A stretch of 64,000 nt of DNA, taken from NCBI GenBank assembly GCA_951406725.2, contig OX597821.1:89962001-90026000 (forward strand). The letters are read 5' to 3'. Of the stretch, positions 1 to 14,448 are shown one piece after another. Every line of letters begins with the position of its first letter. Within the stretch, counting starts at the first letter, position 1. Both the position numbers and the translations under genes were made by a program. The notes beneath the pieces are model-generated. The model searched no databases. It was not told the DNA's origin and saw only the letters and a list, made by a program, of their open reading frames with translations. The stretch is from Octopus vulgaris. Its lineage: Eukaryota.

Positions 1-18
1 CATTTGTACGTACGTATG

Positions 19-51
<33 letters not shown>

Positions 52-167
52 ATATGTATGTATGTATTTTTGTATGTATGCTTGTATATCTGCATCTATA
101 AGTGTGTGTTTGTATCTATGCATGTATATATGTTCCTGCATATATATTTGTTAAAAATATGTATATA

Positions 168-564
168 GGCGCAGGAGTGGCTGTGTGGTAACTAGCTTGC
201 TAACTAACCACATGGTTCCGGGTTCAGTCCCACTGCGTGACATCTTGGGCAAGTGTCTTCTGCTATAGCCCCGGGCTGACCAATGCCTTGTGAGTGGATT
301 TGGTAGACGGAAACTGAAAGAAGCCCATCGTATATATGTATATATATATGTGTGTGTGTATGTCTGTGTTTGTCTCCCTAGCATTGCTTGACAACCGATG
401 CTGGTGTGTTTACGTCCCCGTTACTTAGCGGTTCAGCAAAAGAGACCGATGGAATAAGTACTGGGCTTACAAAGAATAAGTCCCGGGGTCAATTTGCTCG
501 ATTAAAGGCGGTGCTCCAGCATGGCCGCAGTCAAATGACTGAAACAAGTGAAAAAAAGAAAAGA
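168..564 (+). mobile_element. tRNA-derived SINE, family A, full length
   Basis: Head GGCGCAGGAGTGGCTGTGTGG with A-box-like motif and B-box-like GGTTCAGTCCC. Internal (TA)/(TG) tract. Tail GGCGGTGCTCCAGCATGGCCGCAGTCAAATGACTGAAAC. At least 6 near-identical full copies in the window. Confidence 0.9.
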
Positions 565-1369
565 TATCCTGTGTGTTAATGTGTGTATATACTTAATAAG
601 AAAGCGTTTTACATTCTCTTTTATGACAATTCCACCATCAGTTTTTGTTCTGCCTTCATTGTGTGAGAAAGAAACGAACGAATGATCAGGGAAGATGCAG
701 ATAAGAGGAAACCTTTTTTCGTTTCACGGATAACAACATTTGTGTTTGTGTAACAAAATAATATATCAATGTACTAAATAAAATGCTTGGCGACATGAAG
801 AACGTCCGGGATAGAACTGATATGAAAAATACCGGAGATGCGTGAGACATGGATGCGTGAGCAGTAATTTCCATGTAAAAATTGGTTTGCACAGTTGGGA
901 CGCCTCCAATCCACGTAGAGAGAGAAAGTAAACCACTTCTGACCCAAGAAGGGCGCATTTCCCAAGAAAGATTTTTAAAGTTGCTTCTTTGCTTTACGTG
1001 CTCGCTGTCACCTTTATGATTCGATTTATATCGGGTATCTTACGTGTACCTCAGAGATATCTGAGATGGCTTTGAGTCAACTGTCATTCCACGTTTCTGC
1101 TCCACTGAACACTTCACCTAACACCTTCTAACCCTCGGTTTGGCCTCCCACCTGTCTGGTTCTCTCACCTGTCAATAGCAGAGAAAACAGAAGCGTACCT
1201 TCTTTATGAAAAACTTACAGCATTTTAATTTAAATCCTTTCCCCCACATTTTCCAACCTGTATTTCTTCACCACCAGTTCCAGAATTACACACTTTTCCC
1301 CTTAGCACCTTTCTCTTCTTTCCCACACAACTCTTCACACATATAGAATCAAGAATAATTATAGAGTTA

Positions 1370-1460
1370 ATGATGATGATGATGATGATGAGGAGGAGGA
1401 GGAGGAGGAAGAGGATGATGATGATGATGATGATGATGAGGATGATGATGATGATGATGA
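1370..1460. repeat. (GAT)n/(GAG)n compound microsatellite
   Basis: Read directly from sequence. Confidence 0.95.
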
Positions 1461-1499
1461 TAATTCTGTATACAGAATGTATACAGACTGTCCAGTGAA

Positions 1500-2040
1500 T
1501 CCCCTTCTTTTCATGGATGATCCAAAGCCTTTTGCAAAAGTGACTGAATACTAGAACGACTTATAAATAAATGAATGAGAGTAAATTTTATACAAATCTT
1601 CGCTCGTTTCTCTCAATGTACTGCATGCATCACCAAGCGGTAGATATAGACAGGCTATATGCCCCCCCACCTCGAAGGAATGGAGAGCATATACTGGTGG
1701 AACTGCAACTGTCCTAAGACAACAACGATAAGATTACACACCTGTTTAAAAATTCTAATGACTTCGATGCTTGAACTTGTATGCAAGTATAACAGTATAA
1801 AGAAACATTACTCATTATCAAATGTAACAAACAAGTATGCAAAAGAAGTAAAGTTCATCGAGGTTGAGGCACAGCTAGAGGGAACAGAAGCAACTGTGGA
1901 AGCAAAGCAAATGATATCACAAGCAAAATGTAGTGGGATGTCTGAGGTACGTAATTGATGGAAAAAATTGGTTATTTGTTGAAAATACATTACAAGGCCC
2001 GATGATCTTGATGAAGATACAAATATGACCCGTCACTGAT
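1500..2040 (+). mobile_element. Decayed non-LTR retrotransposon RT fragment (R4/Dong-like)
   Basis: TTCATGGATGATCCAAAGCCTTTTGCAAAA encodes FMDDPKPFAK, resembling the RT motif FMDDLKLFAK. Downstream frames are broken. Boundaries approximate. Confidence 0.5.
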
Positions 2041-3560
2041 TGTCTATATAGAACTAATGATGTTTGAAATGACGACCCTGCCTTTAATAGCTTAGTTGTT
2101 TGACATCATAGGATTTTACGAATGGATGTTACTTTAAGTTGCGATTTATACATCTGCAGATGAATAAAAAGGGTGTTTAACAAGAGACCGGAGTGTTACG
2201 GTTGAGGCCTCAACAGTAGCTCAGTGTTGCATTGATAGCCTGGAAAATACGCGCTCAAATATCATAGACCACGCATCAGTGAACATATACAATATTGTTC
2301 ATTGCAGTAAGAAAATATGGAGCCTGTACAGGTGTTTCTATGAAAGTAAGTCGGAACTTTTAAGCTACACGAGACAACACATGAATTGTTATAAATATCA
2401 ACAAAATAAAATTTTCTTCAGAACACATTCTACTGAAGTCAGAATGGAGGGACACATTAAAACCATGTAGTCTAGATAGATTTTATTTGAATGCTAAAAT
2501 GAATTGCAATGACTGCCATTTCCATCAACTGAAAAGCGCACTGTTTATTGTCAAACATCCAACTCAAAATTCTACAGTATATTGTCTATTACCACTCATC
2601 GACCCCATCATCGTCACCACATGAAATAATGAAATAAATTAGCTCAATATATGCCAGCACCCACACACATAGGTATACATCATCTTATATGTGTGTGTGT
2701 AAGCATGTGTATATGTGTGCATGTGCGTGTATGTGTGTGTATGTTTGTGTGAATGCAAGTGTGTGATGTGTGTGCACAACATATTTCAAACATATATCTA
2801 GATGAACTTTATGCATACACAGACAGAACCACAGACACTGACAGCCACACGCATACACTTGTATATGAATATGAAAACTATATGCGCTATTGTGTGTGAG
2901 TGTGCGTGTGCGTGTCCATGCGCTTATTCATACTTCTATGTATGTATAGCGTGTCTAAAAAGTCATGGTCTGCCACGAAATCCGAATAAAAGAATACGAT
3001 AACATTGACAAATTTGCTTTTACATAACCCAGGGGGTCTTTGTTTAGCACTAAACTACCTTCTATTCTCTTGGTATTTTCGACCGACCAATGAATATTGG
3101 CAATGAAAGAAAGCCTGCAGAACTGGGGAACTGATATTCCAAATAAGTTGCATTTCAGATAATCAGGTTTACGAAATTGTCTTAGCTTTCACCATCGTGT
3201 CCCCTCACCCACTTCTGTTCCTCGTTTTGTTGTTGTCGTTGTTTTATTTGTCATCTTATATAGAACAGATATCTTTCTCCACTCCCCTCGTCTCTAACCC
3301 CTCCCTCTCAACTCCATACATCCCTGCAATATAACACACGGACCTCATTTGATTCATTTTGTTGTTATCAAAGACCATAAATTCCCTTTTATCAGTTTGG
3401 CCTCGCGGGAGGTAGGGGTAGAGTTTGAAAAGAGGACACTGTGTTGGAATCGACAAAGGTGATGGGGTTAGGGTTGATTGGTTGGTGATGACGCAAAGCC
3501 GTACAAGACCAAGATTCGATCGAAGGACGAGTAAAGGTTATTTGAAAGTCTTCAGCGGAA

Positions 3561-3601
<41 letters not shown>

Positions 3602-3823
3602 TAACGAGTGGCGGTGAGGGTATCCTTTATATGTGACATTATTGTAGGAATCCAATTCTTTTCTGGTATCGATGCCAAGCCTAACGATATTATTTTGTGT
3701 TCTTCGTTTAGGAGGGGGTAACAGCATCAGCAACAATAATGGTAATCATAAGTAACGACAACAGAATGCAACAAACAAAACGAAAGATCCCTGTAGCACC
3801 ATTCACCTATTGCAACCGACACC

Positions 3824-3825
<2 letters not shown>

Positions 3826-3886
<61 letters not shown>

Positions 3887-3990
3887 TATTAATAATATCA
3901 ATAAAAATAATATTATTGTAAATAATAATAACAGTAATAATAATAATGATGATGATCATGATGATACCGGTTTTGATAATAATAATAATA
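3826..3990. repeat. (AAT)n microsatellite with degenerate flank
   Basis: Read directly; explains the poly-I and poly-N ORFs. Confidence 0.95.
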
Positions 3991-4614
3991 TCTTAAAGGA
4001 AAAGAAATAAATAAAATGCAATAATAAAAACAAGTAAGGAACAAAAGAGAAAACTCTTGCTCACACATAGACACACAAACATTGGTAAAATAAAATAACC
4101 GACAAGAGATACGAAATCAATAATTCGAGGAGTTTCGTTGTGCTGCAGTAGGAGAAAGGGTGATATATAAAATCACCATTGATAGAAGTTGAGACAAATA
4201 AAGAAAGTGTATTGCTAGTATTATTAATATTACTATTATATAAAATACATCGTAATTGAAATGAAATCTAAACTTCATCAATGATTATATTTAATATTCT
4301 TTGACTTCGCCAAATGAAATGTCAAAGAGAAAATAATAGAAAATAAAACGAATGAAAACAAACGTCACATTCATAATCTTAAGTACAATTTACTGCAATG
4401 ACAAAATCCATTTTAACTGAAACTATGAAATTATGTAAAATGGGAAGAAAGGAAAAAATATAATATCACGAAAGAAGAGAAAATTTATTGGCGGCCATTT
4501 TGGTTTTGTTTGCAAAATTTTTCTTACTTTGGTTTTGCTATATTTTCTGTGTATTACTGTGTATGTACATGTTTCTAGTTATTTATTAATATTATTCATT
4601 TCGTTCTCTCTGTT

Positions 4615-4677
<63 letters not shown>

Positions 4678-6249
4678 ATTTATCTCTGTCTTTCTCTTTT
4701 TTTTTGATTTTCTCTCGCCAACCTTTCTGCTTTGCTAAACATGCTTTCAAATATATTCATATTTGTGTACAGTTTGATAATGGGGTTTTGGTTGGTGGTT
4801 GTCGGTGTTTGTGTGTGCGTGTCTTGATGCGTCTTTACGTATTTAAATGTGACGTTGTGTATTTGCATAGCTGTCTGTCTGACTGTATGCCTCTGTGGAT
4901 CTTTATATATGTATAAGTGTATGCGTGCGTGTTGATACATTTGTAGACTTGAATGTGCGTGTATGCGCGTGTATGTTACTTTCAGTTCCAGCTTCTAGAT
5001 TACATTGCGAGTTATATATGATTATCAAAGTGAAATTTAAGCGGGGTGTCTAGTCTTTACAGTTTAACTAAAAGTTTCTGAGACGTTTAAGTAAATAGTT
5101 TTTTGGCGGATGTATCGTACTGATAGCCTATTATTATTTGTTGTTATTGGTGTTGACGCCGTTAATAATTAGAGAAGACTTCTGTCTTTTTCTTCTTTAT
5201 CTCAGTGCATTAGTTTAAAAGTCAAACAGACTTATGTAAGGATGCGTGAATGAACAAGGGAGGTATAACTGCGTTTAGAGGTTTGGCGCTACTGTGAGGC
5301 TTATGATATCCTTGGGTAAGTGTTTACACTTGTCAAGCAAAATATCTTTGGCATGTAATTAACTATAGGTTTATAAAGTTTCTGAGAATCAACCTACTTT
5401 TGCAACTCTTTTTTATCCAATTACCTTTACAAATTTAGCCAAAATTTGCAGCTGGATTGGGAAAGGTTGGTATGATGTTAACTTAAACAAAATGTCGTGG
5501 TTTCTTATAGATCCTCGACGCTAGACTACGACCGTGGCAAATAGAAACTAAAAACTCCCAATATTGACGCCATGAATCTAAACGCAAATACAATTCACTC
5601 GACGCTGTTAGCGTGGAAGATATGCAATCGAGGAGTGTTTCATTCAAAATATGACTGAAAGAAAAATACCTCAAGGGAGCAATCTGCATAGTAAATAAAA
5701 ATATGATAGGATCTTTTATATGTAACATAATGTGTTGCAGTGCTTTGCTGAAAGGAGATTATGAAAGCAATTACTAGAAAAAATCTCACCACCTCAAATA
5801 CTACCATAGTTAATGTGAAAGACATAGATATTACTTTTCGATTGTATGATTGCGTAACAAAGCTAAAAAATAGGTACTTACCCAAGAATTTCTCCCATAG
5901 CACGAGAAAAATAATCTGTTGTACTATATCTGGCGTTCTATTTTGCACGTTTTTAATAACTGTTACTAGTATCTCTGTTCATGCTAATTGATATTTCAAT
6001 GACAAAATGACAAATAGAAAGAAAAACAGACAAAATAGAAAAATGAGATAGTTTTTCCCCCTTCCCCGAATCTCATAAAATATATACGAAAGTATAAAAT
6101 AAAGTAATAATAAAACGAAACGAAAGCCCCAACTGCTTCTAATTATCTACGCTACACACTTGCTTTGTTTTCTTTGTAGTCAGGTATTCCATTATATCTA
6201 TGAAGACATAGAAGAAATAAATTAATATATTTTCATAGAATATGGCGCA

Positions 6250-6600
6250 AGAAAATGTTGGAAACGTAGTCAATGACATCGAGATGATATTCGAAATCGA
6301 GAAGTGGATTATGATAAAGATGAAGCAAAGAAAATCATAAAAAATACAGGGGTAGCCCTACCTTATGATGAGAACATTAACTCGTTGCGTGTGGAAGCAA
6401 CACATAAATATCTGGGAATAGTGAAAAGTGACAATATCTTAAGCATAGAAATGAAGGAAGCCTCTGTAATGGAGATTTTATCCCGAAAGGATAAAAAACA
6501 AAGTCAGTTGGGATAGATTTGAACTCAGAGTCTTAAGAGTCTGAACAAATACTACTAGCATTTAATCGGATGCAGTGGCATTTCTACCATATTCATAATA
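6250..6600 (+). mobile_element. Decayed LINE RT fragment (R4/Dong-like)
   Basis: Translates to NDIEMIFEIEKW and HKYLGIVKSDNILSIEMKE, resembling DIGMEFGIEKC and YKYLGILEAD after RT domain 5. Confidence 0.55.
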
Positions 6601-7417
6601 AGAATTGCTGCTTCTAATTTTGGCACATGATAGCAATTTTAACCTCACAGCTGTATCTCTGTTGAAAGAATGGAGTTCATTCTGCTGCAAACATTCATAT
6701 CTAATATATTAAAAATTTCAGACCGTACTTGCTTCAGAATTGTTTGACCATTAGATACTTTAGCATTTCACCAGCGAAAAATAAAACGGATTTCTCCTGT
6801 GAATAACCTAACAGAATTTCAATTCTATTTTATCATTTCCTTTATCCGTTTCAGTATTTCTTCTACTCAAGAATGTTCCTGCAAGACAGCTTAGGCTAAT
6901 AATATTAACATTTTCATTCTCTGCCTAATCTAATACCTCAATACTTTTGCCTAACTCATTGTTCACCTATAGCATTTAAAATGCTTTGACTTTTCTCAAT
7001 CAATTATATTACACTGCTAAGTAAATACACAATTTTAAATTGAGATGCCACAGTTGTAAAATGTATTTTTATGAAATCATATCTTTCATAATCAAATAAA
7101 ATGTCTAACATTCTATTTATCAACGTATCTACCAGGAAATTGTATAACAATCCATAGAACAAAACAAGTAAATTAAAATATTGTTAGATGTACCTTAGTG
7201 GCAAACCCACGAAATATATCATTTTAAAGATGATTTACAGATTACAAAGATCTTACATATTTAACAGCAGTCCTGTATGACTGCGGGGAAGAGAGAAGCT
7301 TCTCTCCATCGATAGGTTAGTATTTTATTAGCAGAAAATTATCTGAGTAAAATTTGCTATTTATTCCTCAAAACTACTTGGAATCAATAAAGAGTTCCCT
7401 GTTTAGTTTCCTGATAT

Positions 7418-7425
7418 ACATACAC

Positions 7426-7468
<43 letters not shown>

Positions 7469-7822
7469 TGCATGCATACACACGCACATACATACATACA
7501 TGCATGCATGCATACATACATACACACATACATACATACATACACACATTCATACATACACACATACATACACGCATACATACATACACACATACATACA
7601 CACATACATACATACATACACACATACATACATACATACACACATACATACATACATACATGCATACATACATACACACACATGCATACATACATACATA
7701 CATACATACATACATACATACATACATACATACATACATACACACATACATACATAATACATACATACACGCATACATACGTACATACATACATACATAC
7801 ATACAGACATACATGCATGCAT
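7418..7822. repeat. (CATA)n/(CA)n compound microsatellite, about 400 bp
   Basis: Read directly; explains the HTYI/MYVC ORFs. Confidence 0.97.
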
Positions 7823-9430
7823 ACGACAAGGTCTTAAATAAAAAAAATGTACAATGAACATTGTAGTCTTTGATACACAAACAAAGAGATAGGATGGTCA
7901 ATGATGGAACTCATTCGGTCTTATTCGATGAGGGATGAGTTGAAACTAAACAGTAGCCAGTTCAACTCAATATAGACGTGAGTGTTCTGCTAAGCAAAAC
8001 TCAAAGGGAAAGAAAATAAACTCGAATTAGATCTACACTAGTAACAATTTAGTCAGGTCTCCACCAATTTTAAAGCACTGTTTTTCCAAGAAGACAGAGA
8101 AGAAAAAAATATCGTCAGTTATCTTTGCAGTTATTCTCTGACTAGTGAGACTGATGTGGTTAATGTTCAGTGCGAACACCTGTAAATTAGTGGCTACAAG
8201 GTAAATAAAATATATTAGAACTTTCCAAGAATTTCCCACTACCTGAAAATGTGAGTTGTCATACTAGCACTGATGGTTCTGTCACAAGCTATTATTATCA
8301 ATTATTTTGGCCTCTGTTGCGTCAGTACAAATGAATAATGACAGAAATATTGAAACTGTAAGCATTTATTCTATCAAGATAACTAAAGATAGGTCGAAAT
8401 ATAGGATTATCTGGAAATAAACGCAATATACGGTGACAGTGGTTTCTTAATTTGGTACTGGAGATGGTGTCTATATGAAAGAAACGAATTCTGTCTGCGA
8501 GAGGAACCGATTTTCTTCGCTCCAGAGAGAAGTTTTTGACAGGAGTGGAAGATTTTAGTCAAGGGAAATCAATGAGATCTTTAACCACTGATGGTGTCGA
8601 AAAGGCACCGTCGTGACACAGCCTGTCTCGGACATTGTAAAGTTGGTAGAGCCCATATCTCTGGAGGTTTCAATGCAGTTAATTTCTCGAAGAGAGGGAC
8701 TCTGTGTGTGTATGTGTGTGAATGGGAGGGGGAGAGAGAGTGGGTGAGAAACACAGACAAAGAGAAAGTGGTAGAGAGTGGCAGGGAGAGAATGAGAAGG
8801 AGAGTGTTGAAAAGAATAGACCTTAGGACTTGACTGGTATTTTATTTATCGATTCTGAAAAGACGAAAGGCAAGTTTGAATACGATGGGGGTTTGAACTC
8901 AGAGAGCGGAAACGAATACTACATCATATTATACTTAGCTCCAATAATAAAGGCATTTACTAATCAATGAAGTGCAGTATCGATCTTAGACAGTTCATGG
9001 AAATATTTGAATTATTGTTTGGAGAGGCCAATTATTACCCTGCAGCCCTGGATATTTATAGAGTTTAGTCAGAGCATGTTACACGCATCAGTTGGAATGT
9101 TACAACCATCAGTTATCCTCTAGAGATTCCAATGATTTTGGCACCCTGCACCTCAACTCACACACTCACTTGCACACACTTAGAGACACACGACACATTT
9201 TCTTACACAGACAGACACGTACACATTTAGATTCTGGTTGTCTCCATCTCTGTCGTGCCTATACTATGATTTTACAGTTGATTGGGCTGAACAGTAAATT
9301 CAGTGTTGCACAACACTTTACTCACTCCAAACAAGCAGAATTCACGTTCAGGAACTTCTTGGACCCTCCGAAGTTTTGCAAGGACATATTGAGTTTAGAA
9401 AGAAGTCGTACGTATGTATATATATATGTA

Positions 9431-9660
9431 TTTCTTTATTACCCACAAGAGGCTAAACATAGAGGGGACAAACAAGGACAGACAAACGAATTAAGTCGAT
9501 TACATCGATCCCAGTGTGTAACTGGTACTTAATTTATCGACCCCGAAAAGATGAAAGGCAAAGTCGATCTCGGCGGAATTTGAACTCAGAGCGTAGCGGC
9601 AGACGAAATAAGGCTACGCATTTCGCCCGGCGTGCTAACATTTCTGCCAGCTCGCCGCCT
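9431..9660 (-). mobile_element. tRNA-derived SINE, family B, monomer
   Basis: Reverse complement has the GGCGAGCTGGCAGAA head, GAGTTCAAATTCC B box, GACTTTGCCTTTCATC..TCGGGGTCGATAAATTAAGTACCAG core and TAAAGAAATA tail. Confidence 0.88.
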
Positions 9661-10041
9661 TATATGTATATATATATATATATATATGTATGCATGCATG
9701 CATGCATGCATGCATGCATGTATGTATTCATTTATGTATTTATGTTTGTATATGTGTATGTATAGTTCGGTAGAATATCACATATTTATTAAGCACTGCT
9801 GAAATAATAATTGAAAGTACCACTAGGGATAAATAATATCAAAATATCGGAAATGGATGCATACACGCATGAGTGTGTGTGTGTGTGTGTTTGTTTGTGC
9901 CTATGTTTGGGAGTGTACCCAAACATATTTTTACATGCAGGAAATATCTGGTATTTTATCAATACATTAAGGAAATATCTGATATAGAACACAAAACTTT
10001 AGGTAGAGTGGAAAGCCATACCTTTGAGATGAAACATACAA

Positions 10042-10042
<1 letters not shown>

Positions 10043-10117
<75 letters not shown>
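10043..10117. repeat. (TG)n microsatellite
   Basis: Read directly. Confidence 0.97.
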
Positions 10118-10120
<3 letters not shown>

Positions 10121-10481
10121 CATGTTTGTAAGTGTGTGTGTGTATGAATGTATGTATATATATATATCAGTATTCTGAATGGGTCGTTCTGACAATAAAA
10201 TCACAGAGACTAGTGCAAGTTTACATCTATAATAAATTCAATGATTTGCCAAGTTTTTTTTTAGCACAAGTCTGTAACTTCGTTAATGATTTTCCCTCTA
10301 ACTCTAAGTTTCTCGTGATGTTTGGTCTCTATACATTGCTGGTGGGTTTGTGTGAGATAGTTGTGTGTTGTCGTGTACTTGAGTGATACACATAGTTGTG
10401 ATGGTAGACTGCGCTCTAAGACGATGAGCAGCCATCTCTGTATGCGTCATTTTTTATATTACGTGTATTTTTCTCTCTTTT

Positions 10482-10586
<105 letters not shown>

Positions 10587-10748
10587 ATATGTGTATGTAT
10601 ATATATATTTGATGTTTGTTCTATGATCAATGTTTCTTTATCTATGTCTCAATTACATTTGAGCACTTCGTTTTTTTTTTGCAGTCCTATAAACCCTTTT
10701 GTTTCCATAGAAAGAGACAAAAATTATTTCTTGTGTGTCTATACATAC

Positions 10749-10840
<92 letters not shown>

Positions 10841-11675
10841 GTTGATAGATGGATTGAGAGAGAGAAAGAGAGAGTAATATAGGATGCAGAGGATTGTAAG
10901 AGGCCAACAGAAAGGAAGAGAAAGTTAAAAAGGAAGGTTAATCTGGTGTGAAAGAAATTATCTATGTGTATGCTGAAATCCCATTTGCCTTTTGTAAAGT
11001 ATTGTTACCTACATAGCGGCGAGATGTAGGCTTTCGTTGTGTAGCATGGCTGACATCTTCGGAGTAGATTTTATGTCTCTCAGAACCACATATCTTGCAA
11101 ATAACGGCTTTGTATGAAATCAATTGAATTAATTGTAAAAATGTCTTATTTCCTTCACGTATCAAACCTGAATGATTGTCAAAAGAGAGTAAATGGAGAA
11201 GCAGTGACTTTTAAGAAAACGATGACGGTTCTAAGACTGTAAGAAATGGAAACATACAGAATAGGAAAACGAACATGCCATATAGACGAAGAATTGCTAT
11301 CTGATAACCGTGGTGGCGGGTGAAAGTAAGGTAAAAACGAGAAGGAGGAGGAAACATGATACAGAATTTCTTTGGTTTTACAGAGATGTTCGAAATTTTA
11401 CTACACGTTTCTTTGCTGACCGAGAGATTGACCTAACAACTTTTACTTGATTTATAATACGAAACTGGGTTCGTGTGTTTTTTGCGTGTTTGTTCGTGTA
11501 AGACTGTGTGCATGCTTCTTTTATATGGGCATGCGTAATTACACATCTTTATATACACATACAAACACACACACACAAACACAAATACACAAACGCGCAC
11601 GCACTCACACACGTATATCTATATATACCTATACTGACATAGGTATATATATATATATATATATACATACATACA

Positions 11676-11733
<58 letters not shown>

Positions 11734-11994
11734 CATATATTTATATATGTGTGTATATAAAAATATTGACTCGCTTTGGATCGTCAAAACCATTTATAAT
11801 CTTAGGAGCTCCGTTGTAAGCGAAAGACCCCATCCTCACTAGGTTTTACCTTAGCCGATTCAGAGAGAGAGAGAGTCTTCTTAATTCATGTTCTACTGAG
11901 GTCGTTTTGCCTTTCCTCTTTTCGATGCAATCTACTTACCCACTTAAATTGCTGGCTTCGTTCCAAAATTTGAAATTAGAGATAACAAAAATAT

Positions 11995-12200
11995 GGCGGC
12001 GAACTGACAAAATCTTTAACACGAAGGGGGGCGAAATGCTTAGCGGCATTTCGTACGTCTTTACATCCTGAGTTTAAATTCCGCAAAGGCCGACTTCGGT
12101 TTTATGCTTTCGAGATTGATAAAATAAGTACCAGTTGAACACTGGGTAAAGGGTTTCGATGTAATGGAATTAACCCTCTCCCCAAATTACTGGCCTTTGG
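11995..12200 (+). mobile_element. SINE family B, diverged copy
   Basis: GGCGAAATGCTTAGCGGCATTTCG, GAGTTTAAATTCCGC and GATAAAATAAGTACCAG match family B. Confidence 0.75.
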
Positions 12201-12254
12201 GTCTCAATGACACCATTATCTCTTATATATATGTATATACATCTATGAGTGTAC

Positions 12255-12423
12255 GTCTGTGTTTATATACCCGTAACTTATCGGTTCGGCAAAAGAGACT
12301 GATAGAATAAGTACTAGGCTTACAAAGAATAAGTCCTGAGATCGATCTCTTTGACTAAAACCCTTTAAGGCAGTGCTTCAGCATGGCCACAGTCAAGTGA
12401 CTGAAGCAAGTAAAAGAATAAAA
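12255..12423 (+). mobile_element. SINE family A, 3' half
   Basis: GGTTCGGCAAAAGAGACTGATAGAATAAGTACTAGGCTTACAAAGAATAAGTCC through CAGCATGGCCACAGTCAAGTGACTGAAGC. Confidence 0.85.
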
Positions 12424-12600
12424 TCACTATTTAAGAGTTCTTCTTTAATAATAAATACAACGTTAATTAATCAACCACACCTAATCATATAAAGCAATAT
12501 ATTTGCTATCAAAACTTCCCAGTCTATCACTCTTCGTAACTATGAAGCTTCAATTATAGACTCTGGAATTGCGCTGCTGCTAAATACAGACTCTCTAAAC

Positions 12601-12854
12601 CCGTGGTTTTCAGCGATCTTTTCCTATGGATCCCATTTGATTCCTAGTGTACTCCAATGGACAACCATAGACATTCAATGTTTAAAATATCCTATTATAT
12701 TCTTGTCATTACATATTATTAGGAATTGTATAAAAATATTGTGAAAATATTTTGCATAATGTGGCAGTATAACTAATTCATTGCAGATAAATTTTAACAA
12801 CAAAATTTGATACGAACCCCCAAGGGCCATATAGTCCGCGATTCAGAACCATTG
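12601..12854. mobile_element. Decayed hAT (Charlie-like) MITE
   Basis: Degenerate TIRs CCGTGGTTTTCA and CAGAACCATTG, flanked by CTCTAAAC and TTCTAGAG, which resemble the NTCTAGAN target. Confidence 0.55.
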
Positions 12855-12869
12855 TTCTAGAGTCTAGAG

Positions 12870-13088
12870 CAGTGGTTTTCAACCAGGGTTCCGCGGAACC
12901 TTAAGGTTCCGCCAGTACAGTCCAGGGGTTCCGCAAGAAGTTACAAAAATGCTAAAATCGACAGTAATTTTTAATTCTCCTGTGCAGATATGTGTGCATA
13001 AGACAATTAAATTATTGCACAGGGGTTCCTCGAGCCAGTGAAATGTTTTCTTGGGGTTCCGCTCCAGCAAAAAGTTTGAAAAGCACTG
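12870..13088. mobile_element. hAT (Charlie-like) MITE with perfect 8-bp TSD
   Basis: TIRs CAGTGGTTTTCAA and TTGAAAAGCACTG. TSD GTCTAGAG at 12862-12869 and 13089-13096. Internal GGGGTTCC subterminal repeats. Confidence 0.9.
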
Positions 13089-13487
13089 GTCTAGAGTAAT
13101 GGGTCTCAACCAGAGAATAGCTATTCGATTAATTGGTTACAAGTCACGGACTTATTTCTACATCTGACCAACGGAGATGCTTCTTTTTTTCATTGCCTCA
13201 GCTTATTCTAGAGGAATCTCCACCACAGCGGGCATCCTCAATTTACATGCTTCTCCTTACATAAACAACATTGGTTCCAACTAGCCAAGATCCGTGCTAA
13301 CTACTATTCGTTCTTCCCGGAATGGTCACTCTCTGGAAATCCACATCCTCATCTCACATCCAGTGCATAATTTTCTTACCAGTCAACGCTTTGCAACATT
13401 TAAAGCGAAATGTCGATGGTATAAATCTCATCACACATAGAAAGCCTCTAAAGGCCACGTGATTGTATGTAAACGCGCGCGCGCGCA

Positions 13488-13739
13488 ACAGACACACAGA
13501 CACACAGAGTCATACCTGCAGATATATATATATATATATATATTTGTGTGCATGTGTAAAAGTCTAATAAATATAATATATATAATATATATGCATGTGT
13601 GTTTGTGTTTGTGCATGTATAGGGTTATAAAATATATAATATATGCATATACATACATGTATATATATCATATATATCATATTTATTATACTCTTACACA
13701 TGCACACAAATATCTGTAGGTATGACTGTGTGTGTCTGT
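13488..13739. repeat. Imperfect inverted repeat, arms about 100 bp
   Basis: GTCATACCTGCAGATAT..TTTGTGTGCATGTGTAAAAGTCTAATAAATAT is mirrored by ATATTTATTATACTCTTACACATGCACACAAATATCTGTAGGTATGAC. Confidence 0.8.
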
Positions 13740-14356
13740 ATGTCTGTGTGTGCGTGTGTATGTATGCGTGCGTGCATGTGTACATACATATTGAGCTGCA
13801 CACAAAATACTTAGAAATGAATGTAGGTATACAATACATATCAAAAGTTCTTTGTGTTACTACAAATCTTAAAAACTGCTTTTTTTTTCTTTCTAACCTG
13901 TAAAGTATAGAACAAGAATAAAGAAATATGCAGAAACAACTCTGCAGTGAAATGTCATAAACACTCCCCTTCCACCCTCGCCATTCACACCAGCTATATA
14001 AAAATAGAAAAACAAAATAGAAAACAAAAATAAAAAAAAAATTTTTTTTCGAAAGTAAAGAAAATAAAGCAGAGCAAAATTTAATCATTTTCTTTCAATA
14101 TTTGTGTGACATTTCTCCTGGTAGTCTGTCATAGTAAATCAATGTGACTGTGCCAGAGGACAGACAGTTATCAAATGAAGGTATTATCCCGAGGAAATAT
14201 ATGTAGCCTCACCTTCATAAACTAGCTTCTGAGCTGAATTTCTTAAACATCTATTCCTTTTGTATGGAGATTATTTGACGAGTTGATACCTATCTCAGAT
14301 ATCTTTCTCTAATACTACAACAACTATAAATATTGCCATTGTTGTTGTTGCTTTTG

Positions 14357-14374
14357 TTAATAATAACAATAATG

Positions 14375-14422
<48 letters not shown>

Positions 14423-14448
14423 GTAGTAATAGTAATAGTAATAATAAT
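14357..14448. repeat. (TAA)n microsatellite
   Basis: Read directly. Confidence 0.95.

Noticed and set aside
151-579. Recurring ORFs such as MLGRQTQT..FRLPNPLTR and MTTDAGVF
   Set aside because: Chance frames inside SINE family A, repeated wherever the SINE occurs.
2322-2425. Minus-strand CTGAAGA..GAAACACCTGTA
   Set aside because: No stem I or stem II pairing.
3465-4503. Possible promoter: CCAAT box (3477-3481, minus), TGACGCAA (3489-3496) and YY1-like GCGGCCATTTTG (4491-4502)
   Set aside because: Short motifs with no linked exon or ORF; the ATG within the YY1-like site opens only 10 codons.
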